64,000 bases of DNA from Chrysomallon squamiferum (Eukaryota; Animalia; Mollusca), in NCBI GenBank assembly GCA_012295275.1, contig CM022668.1, positions 14,880,001 to 14,944,000 of the forward strand, read 5' to 3'. Each line of letters opens with the position of its first letter. The first letter of the stretch is position 1. Under the pieces are notes generated by a model. The model did not search any database, was not told the origin of the DNA, and was given only the letters and a program-made list of their open reading frames with translations. Below, piece by piece: positions 55,488 through 64,000 of this stretch. The position numbers were made by a program, and so were the translations under genes.

Positions 55488-55672
55488 GTAGATTAATAAA
55501 TATATATGCTGATATGTGCACGTGTATAGCGTGAGTGTGTGTCTATGAAGAAGAAAAACAGACAAGTATACAGACTTATAGATACTTATATACAGAAAAG
55601 ATGCAAAGAGGCAGTTATAAGGACATTTGTGTGTATGTGTGTATGTGTGGTTGATTTTATATATATATGTCC

Positions 55673-55759
<87 letters not shown>

Positions 55760-56202
55760 CAAACACAAATAGATAAACTGATAAAAAAAATATTATTAGC
55801 GAAACAAATATTTACCCAGACAGATTATTTATATACATATATATATATATATATATATAGCTAAACAGACTGATTGAGAGACAGACATACACATTCACGT
55901 AAATAATTAGACAGATATGCAGACATGCAGACAGACAGACACACAGACAGAAAGATAAATAAATAGATCATCGGGCATGTCGTACTTCGGGCTATTACCT
56001 AGGCAACCTTCGATCGCCTATGACGTCATTGCACTTAAGAAGTTCAGTGACGCGGCAGACAAAAGCGAGCTGTTTTCTCTCTCTAAAATGTTGATGCCGA
56101 AGCCTGACAGATTTATTGTAAAACATCTTTGAAAATTCAACAAGTGGAAACGCAAAAAAACAGACAGAAGACGTGTAAAAATGAGAGAGTAAGCGAGAGA
56201 GA

Positions 56203-56235
<33 letters not shown>

Positions 56236-56771
56236 AAAAAAAAAAGTCTAATGCCGATTTCTTCCTCTTGTAAAGTCGTTTGAAAAATTCTGCGCGGGTC
56301 TAGATGCAAGAAGGGTGAAAGATTGTGAAGGTATCGTCTTCAGTTCTTTGCGTGTCGTCCGTTTATTTATTTATTTATTTGTTGTTGTTGTTGTTACTAT
56401 TATTATTATTAGTGTTTTTTTTCTTCTTTATAAATGAAACTGGATTTGGCTTGAAAGTTTTATAAAAGGTATTATTACGAATGGGGTGTATATCGAATTG
56501 AGGTAACTCTTTTGCATTTTCGGATTAATACAATATCTGTCTGTCTGTATGTCTGGTTGTCTGTCTGTCTTTCTTTGTAAATTTATTTTGTTTGTCGTTT
56601 GCTTTGTTGTTGTTGTGTTTTTTTCATTTACTTCTTTATTACTTACTTAATTTATTTATTTATGGCGTGTTTTCTTTTCTTTTTAAACAAATGTATTTCA
56701 TCCTGAAAATGCTTATCCAAATACTAATAAATTTTAGGTCGGTTTTAACCTCGTATTTTTCAAAAATAATG

Positions 56772-56870
<99 letters not shown>

Positions 56871-57625
56871 CTGAAATGTTGTATCATTTCTGAAATCATA
56901 TAACCGTGATTTTCATGAAATCTTGCATCTTCGCTTCCTCATTCCTTTTTCAAAAACTCGTTTCCTTTCCTCTTTTAACAAATCTTGTATCCTCACTCAC
57001 TCACTCACTCACTCAGTCAATCAGTCTCTCTACCACCCCTCTCTCTCTACCACCCCTTCTTTAATCTGTGGATTCGCCCCCGTAGTCTAAAAAAAAAAAA
57101 AAAAAAACAACAACAACGAACAACAACGCGGAAATACAGACAACTGCGCAAGGTGTGTTTCTCTCATTGATTTTCCCAGACGGCGTTATAAACACGGTAT
57201 AAAGAATTCTTAGACAATTTTATTACTTCGTGGTCTGAGTCTTTTCCCAATACGTAACTGAAAGCGGGATGTGTTTATTGTTCCCCGTTTGATAAAATGC
57301 TTTGCTAAATGTGTTATACAAAAAAAAAAAAAAAAAAAAAATAAGTGAAATAAATACACGTAAAAGATGAAGCCTTCGTCTTCTTCCTCGTCTTCTTCGT
57401 CTTCTGTTTTATTTATTATTTTTATTTTTATTTTTATTTTCGTCTGAATTTTTTTTTTTTTTTTTTTCCGGGGGCGAAGTGATAGTGATGACTATACGAT
57501 TGTGTTTATAAATGATGACGGCGATTGGTGTTGATAATGATGATGATGATGATGATGATGATGTTGATAATGGTGACGGTGATAATGTTGATGATGAGAA
57601 TCTCAGCACTGATAACGATTTACAG

Positions 57626-57810
57626 TGACAGTGTTGATAATGATGACGATGATGGTGTTGATACTAATCATGATGAATATGATGATAGTGCTGATAATAA
57701 TGATGATGATGATGTTGATAATGATGACGATAATGGTGTTGATACTAATCATGATAAATGTGACGACAGTGTTGATAATAATGAGGATGATGATGTTGAT
57801 GATGATATTG
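57626..57810. repeat. 81-bp duplication built on a (GAT)n microsatellite
   Basis: GTTGATAATGATGACGATrATGGTGTTGATACTAATCATGAT occurs twice, 81 bp apart. Confidence 0.75.
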
Positions 57811-59870
57811 ATGGCATTAATTCTAATGCAGCTTAACACAATAGCTATGGCAGCTTAAATAATACAAGTAGTAGTAGTAGTTGGTGGTGGTGTTGGTGAT
57901 GATGGTCATGGTAGTAGTTATTAGTTACAGTAATAGTAGAAACAGTAACAACAGTAGCAGTGGCAGTCACAGTGGTCATAGCAGTTGTAGTCGTCGTAGT
58001 TGTAGTCGTCATAGTCGTTGTAGTAGTAGTAGTGGCAGAAATAGTAGTATCACTAGCAACACTAGAAAAAATAGCAGTATTTTAGTCTTTGCTTTCACAA
58101 TTACTGTTTTAACTTTTCTTACTTTTTCTACCAGTCCTGCATAAGAAAAACATTACCTATGCCGCTATGACATTTAAAACTTCAGCTGCAACTACAACTA
58201 CTACCACTAATACGACTGCATCTACAGCCATAAACCATTACTACTACTACGCATATTACAAGATTCAAACACTATTCCTTCCGTCTTCATCTTCAACGGC
58301 CTCGTTCTCGACAAACAGCCGCGTAACATCATCACATCAGTTGTCGTCATCGACAACATCATCATCATCATCATCATCATCCTTACGGCGTGGCGGTATC
58401 TGACATCATAATAAATACTAGGAACACCCCCCCCCAAAACGACAAGACAAAACACAATTAATTTAATAGGAACGTCAAGACACAAGTGCGCGATAATAAA
58501 AGTGACAAAATTTGTTGTCATTTCTGACATTTATGATCTCGTAATTTGTAATAGGAATCAGGGAGGATCCAGGGTTAGGTTTGGGGTGGTGAGTCTGTTA
58601 AATTGTCTACGTTACTGTTAAGTGTATGTAACGACGATAGAAGCAACAACAGCTGCAGCAGCAACAACACAACAACGATAGCAACAGCAACAGCAGCAGC
58701 AATAACATTGACAACAACAACAAGAGGAACAGGAGTAAGAACGGCAGCAACAACAATAATTACTACTACTACAACTACTGCTATGACAGCAACAACTGCT
58801 ACTACAACATCAACTAAATGCAGCTACTGTCACAACAGATGCAAATACTACTATTGCTACTACTGCTATTACTACTAATAAAAATACTACTGCTACTACT
58901 ACTACTAATAAAATATGAAAAAAGAAGATAAGAATAGGAAGAAGAAGATAAAGAACAAGGATAAGAAGAAGAAAAAAAAACACAAAGAAGAAGGCTGAAG
59001 AAAAAACCCAATAAAAACAATAAAATGAATATTTTCAGGTGCGCTGATAATGAAAAACAGAACAGTTAGAAATTTTAATTAATTAATGAAATACTTCAAA
59101 AGATAGAAAGAATGACTGATTTTACTTCACAGATAATAAAAAAATAATCAGAAAAGAATACTCAACGTTGAGATGGCTGTTTTGGACAATAACATGATCG
59201 GACTGAAGAAATCGTTTACTACAAGTCAACCCATATTAACCATAAATAAACGTCATCGAAACGTCATCCTTTATTATGACCTCATTCACAAAAAAGGGCA
59301 ACTGATAACTGCAACGATTACTTTTTCGATTAGCAGCAAGAACGCTTTTAAATGTTAGACTGTCACTGACGAACTAAATGAGGAGCACATATTAAAACGT
59401 GAAAAAAATGGCGACTGAGAATCTATGTAGGAGTAACCCTCCGATCGGTCTTTCTCATCAGTTTCTAAAATATTCCACGAGACGAAAAAAAAAAAAAAAT
59501 AATAATAATAAAAATTAAAATTAAAGTCGTAGACGAAATATATATATTTTTTTCTTTTTTTTTTTCAGGAAAAGAAAAAGCAGAACGATTTGACGTAATA
59601 ATTTATGTTTCGGTGATGATGCACGTGTGTTGTTTTGCACCAGCTCCACCGACAGATGTCGTTTTTTAGAACGATATGCACGGATGACGAAACACAACTT
59701 GATTAAATCTTTACAGCCCTTTTTACTGCCAACCACCGGCAGTTTCCAAAATTTTATATGCACCAGATGAGTTCCAAATCCTTCTCCACAGCAAAACAAT
59801 AGACGGGTTTTGGTTTTTTTTTTTTTTTTTTTGATTTTTCCCGCTACCATCTTGTAGAGACCGTGGATTG

Positions 59871-59907
<37 letters not shown>

Positions 59908-60114
59908 AAGAAAAGGAAAGCAGTAAAAGTAGGAAAGAAAACGACGGCAGTTTCCCCTCACAAGCGAAGCACAAAATGACTAAGCCTTGGTTTTGGCAAG
60001 CGATTAGCAATTATATGAATGAACGTTTCAGGTCATTAAGAAATCCATTGGCTTGCTTCATGTAGAAAGGCAGCGCAGAAATTTAGCAAGAAGCGTCTCA
60101 AACCGTTCTGAGAT

Positions 60115-60700
60115 GGTGGCAGGACCCGATACGTGTTCAGCATTGTGTCTGTAAGTAAGTGTTGGAACGAGAAATGATACGAAACGAAATGAAGAAGATA
60201 ATAAAAGAATGCTGGTTAGGACCTGATAATGTTTAGAAGTGTGTAATTGTTGGAATGATAAACGAAACGAAACGAAATGAAGAAAAATAAAACAATGCTG
60301 GTTAGGACCTGATAATGTTTGGAAGTGTGTAATTGTTGGAATGATAAACGAAACGAAACGAAATGACGATAATAAAAGAATGGTGGTTAGGACCTGATAA
60401 AGTTTAGATGTGTGTAATTGTTGGAATGATAAATGATACGAAACGAAATGAAGAAAAATAAAATAATGATGCTTAGGACCTGATAGCTTTAGATATGTGT
60501 AATTATTGGAATGATAAACGAAACGAAATGAAATGAAGATAATAAAAGAAAGGTGGTAGGACCCGATAAATGTTCAGTCATATATAAAAGTTGGAACCAC
60601 AAATTAAATGAAACGAAAAACAAAAGCAATAAAACAATGGTGGCAGAAACTGAGAAATGTTTAGAAAGGTATAAAATGAAATGAAACGGAAAAAATAAAA
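60115..60700. repeat. ~85-86-bp minisatellite, ~7 copies (GGTTAGGACCTGATAATGTTTAGAAGTGTGTAATTGTTGGAATGATAAACGAAACGAAACGAAATGAAGA...)
   Basis: Unit starts near 60115, 60214, 60300, 60385, 60470, 60553 and 60638. The central copies are the most similar, and degenerate AACGAAACGAA remnants continue to about 61095. Confidence 0.92.
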
Positions 60701-61357
60701 TAACAACAATAATAATAATAATGTTCTTTTTTAAGTATGTTTACACTTTTATACTTTAAGGCATAATAACGAAAACGAAACGAAACGAAAATAAATCTGT
60801 GACAAAGAATATTGATCTATGTTTAGAGACATATAAAGATATTAGTAAAAAAAACGAAATTAAATAAATTTAAAGCAAAAATTACTGAAGCGTTCTTAGA
60901 AGTGTATAAATTTATCAGTAAAGTGGAAAACGAAACGAAAACAAGAAAATAAAATTACACTATAATATCAGTGTTTGTTATATAAAGATATTATTACAAT
61001 AAATAAATTGACATAAAATTAAAGCAAATATTTAAATAAGAAGATATTTGTTTGGAAGATATGAAAGTAAAATTCTGGAAATAAACGAAACGAAGTGAAA
61101 ACTAGAAAACAGCAATAAGAACAACTATATACGTATGCATGCGTTTTATATATGTATGTACCTATTAATGCATGTAGGATTTTGAATATTCTCTGACTTA
61201 TGTACATCTGAATAGACTGCAAATAGACAATATTCGGGAACGCACTGGCGCAGGAGGACAAAGTCCATTCACGACGTCACAAACCCGTCAGATGCCGCTG
61301 ACGAGACTCGAACGTATGACACCCATTCGCCCGCACTCCGAAGGCCACCGAGACAAC

Positions 61358-61460
<103 letters not shown>

Positions 61461-62139
61461 AATCTAGATGTCATAAAAAGAAATAGATCATTATGGAACA
61501 CCTGTATTTTTCAAGTAGGTTAACGTTCTGATCATTTTCACCTGGAGGCTAATTAATATTCTGGTAAAAACATGTATTTTATTTCCTGACATATTTTCTT
61601 AAAAAATAAAAAAAATAAAAAATAAAAAGGTGAAATAGAAAACTAGTAGAATAATAAATTAGAAAATAATAAGATCATGTACTGTTTATAAAACGAGCGT
61701 TCATTGGCTGGAAAGTGTGTTACTTTCACAACAGGCTATCTTTAATTAGCACAGAAACAAAATAGTAAATAAAAATAATTACGTTTTATATTTCAAAAAT
61801 ATTAATATTATTACTTCTAATGTTACTGCTGATGTTGTTGATACGTTGCTGCTGCTGTTGCTGCTAATACTACTGCTGCTACTAGTGCTGCTACTACTAC
61901 TATTACTATTAGCTATTACTGCTACAACAACAGCAGCAACAACTACTACTTCTAAAACAACTATATATGAAAATATAATGTTGTACCTGTATATTTCTTT
62001 AAAAAATCTATATAAAAAAAAGATCTAATAATATTTATAAAATAAATAATATATGATCTGAAAAAAGAATAAATAAAAAATAAAAATAATAAATTCTCCA
62101 TCTTAAAACACAATATAAAATAAAAAAATATTTATCAAA

Positions 62140-62243
<104 letters not shown>

Positions 62244-62661
62244 ATTATTTAACAGCCGAAACCCAGAGAAAAATAAAGAGGCATTTAAAAATGCTTTTCC
62301 CCATCTTAATTCAAGTATTCAATTAAAACTTGGCGTTGTTTTAAAGCAGCAATGATCTAAGGTAACCTTGGCTATGAATCAACCCAGATTTTTGCCAAGC
62401 GATGAATTTCATTATTTTTCTTTAAAAAAAAAAAAAAAAAAAAAAAAAGGAAGAGAAAATACCACACTTTCAGGCCACCGGCCTCGATATCTTAATTATA
62501 TTTTTTTTTTTTCTTAATTGCAATGTTTATTCCGCGTATGTTCTTCCTTATAACAGGAATGTTTCAGAAACTATTTCTGTATATTAAGAGTACAATACTA
62601 AACTTAACGATAAGTTTAATGTTTTCAAAGCGGACGATACTGCTACTACTACATCTACAAT

Positions 62662-62700
<39 letters not shown>

Positions 62701-62852
62701 CACTACTACCATCATTATAACTGCTACTACTACCATCATTATAACTACTACTACTACTACCATCATTATAACTGCTACTACTACTACTACTACTTCTACC
62801 ACCATTATTATTATTACTATTACTAAAACAACAACAACTACTACTGCTATTG

Positions 62853-62897
<45 letters not shown>

Positions 62898-63220
62898 TGA
62901 CCATTATTGCTGCTGCTGTAACTATTACTTCTACTACTACAACTTCTGCAGCAACAAGTACTATTTCTACTATTTATTTTCACTCCTACGACTTATTACT
63001 ATTATTATTATTATTATTATTTTTTTTTTATTATTACAACAGCAGCAGCAGCAGCAACAACAACAACAACAACGGCTATTATTACCACTTCTTCTACAGA
63101 ACAAACAAATGATCGATTAGAGATTAGGTATATTAATATGAGAAGAAGAAGAAGAAGAAGAAGAAGAAGAAGAAGAAGAAGAAGAAGAAAAATATAACAT
63201 GAGAAAAATAACAGTTACGA

Positions 63221-63263
<43 letters not shown>

Positions 63264-64000
63264 AAGTAATAATGCCAAAGTTTACGACAATAAATTAAAT
63301 AGGGGCGTGACTAGAAAACGGAATGGGCGGAGTTACAGGAAGAATTAAATTTATTTTTGTACGTTGGTCTAAACAGGCTACAAATGTTGATTTTACGTAT
63401 TAAAACAACTCTTACAAAATGCACGCGAATTATCATATACGGTCACTTTCATATATATATATAAAAAATTAAAAAAAAAAATAAGAATTAAAAAATTCGT
63501 TATATATATATATAAAATTTAAAAATAAAAATTTAAAAAATCGTGACGTCATTTGAAACTGATAACAGTGTTTATGACGGTGTCAATTTCTCGGCAATTG
63601 ACGCGAATGGGTTGTTGATTTTCTACCTTATCAGTTAATATTGTTAGTTATCGCTATCTGAAGTAACTAGGCATCTCTGCATTCGCGAGCAAATAAATTA
63701 CGGCGAATTGAACTGCTATCTTGAAGCCCTGTCAATTCTTATCTAACAGGCTGGCCATAAATTTAAAGTCCGCACAGCCCACCCTTCTTCCCGCCAGAAA
63801 AAAAAGAGGTTGCGATGACGTCATCGCTGCGTAACAATTCGTGCAGAACGAAAAGTTACGCACTAAGATGAAGTGTGTTAGTCTCACGCAAAAATGTGCG
63901 TGTTTTATGTCCTTTAACGTGTACGCTCACTAATTGATAAAATAAAATAAAATAAAATAAAATAAAATATTTATTTATTTATTTATTTATTTTTGTATAT

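Noticed and set aside
57525-57836. Asp-rich ORF reminiscent of acidic biomineralisation proteins
   Set aside because: Derived from a (GAT)n microsatellite with an 81-bp duplication; other frames give poly-Met or poly-Ile, and there is no credible gene structure.
58571-58590. Telomere-like AGGGTTAGGTTTGGGG
   Set aside because: Only about two imperfect units; compatible with chance.

Overview
Eukaryotic (animal, probably invertebrate; species not determinable here) AT-rich, microsatellite-dense genomic DNA. The only protein-coding gene I can support is a four-exon Wnt6 on the minus strand: 35060-34987, 19265-19045, 11746-11470 and 6131-5670. All introns are GT-AG and the phases are compatible (2, 1, 0). 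As given, exon 3 lacks one G in a G6 run (plus-strand C run 11597-11602), which breaks the conserved WEWGGC motif. Restoring that G gives an intact 344-aa Wnt6, so a homopolymer sequencing or assembly error is the most likely cause, with a real null allele as the alternative. The rest is introns, about 29 kb of upstream intergenic DNA and about 5.6 kb downstream. It contains simple repeats, several minisatellites, local duplications and short CpG-rich unique blocks with candidate TCF/LEF, CRE and nuclear-receptor motifs. Nearly all other ORFs in the track are microsatellite translation artefacts. I found no convincing novel multi-gene system, and the non-coding observations are hypotheses.
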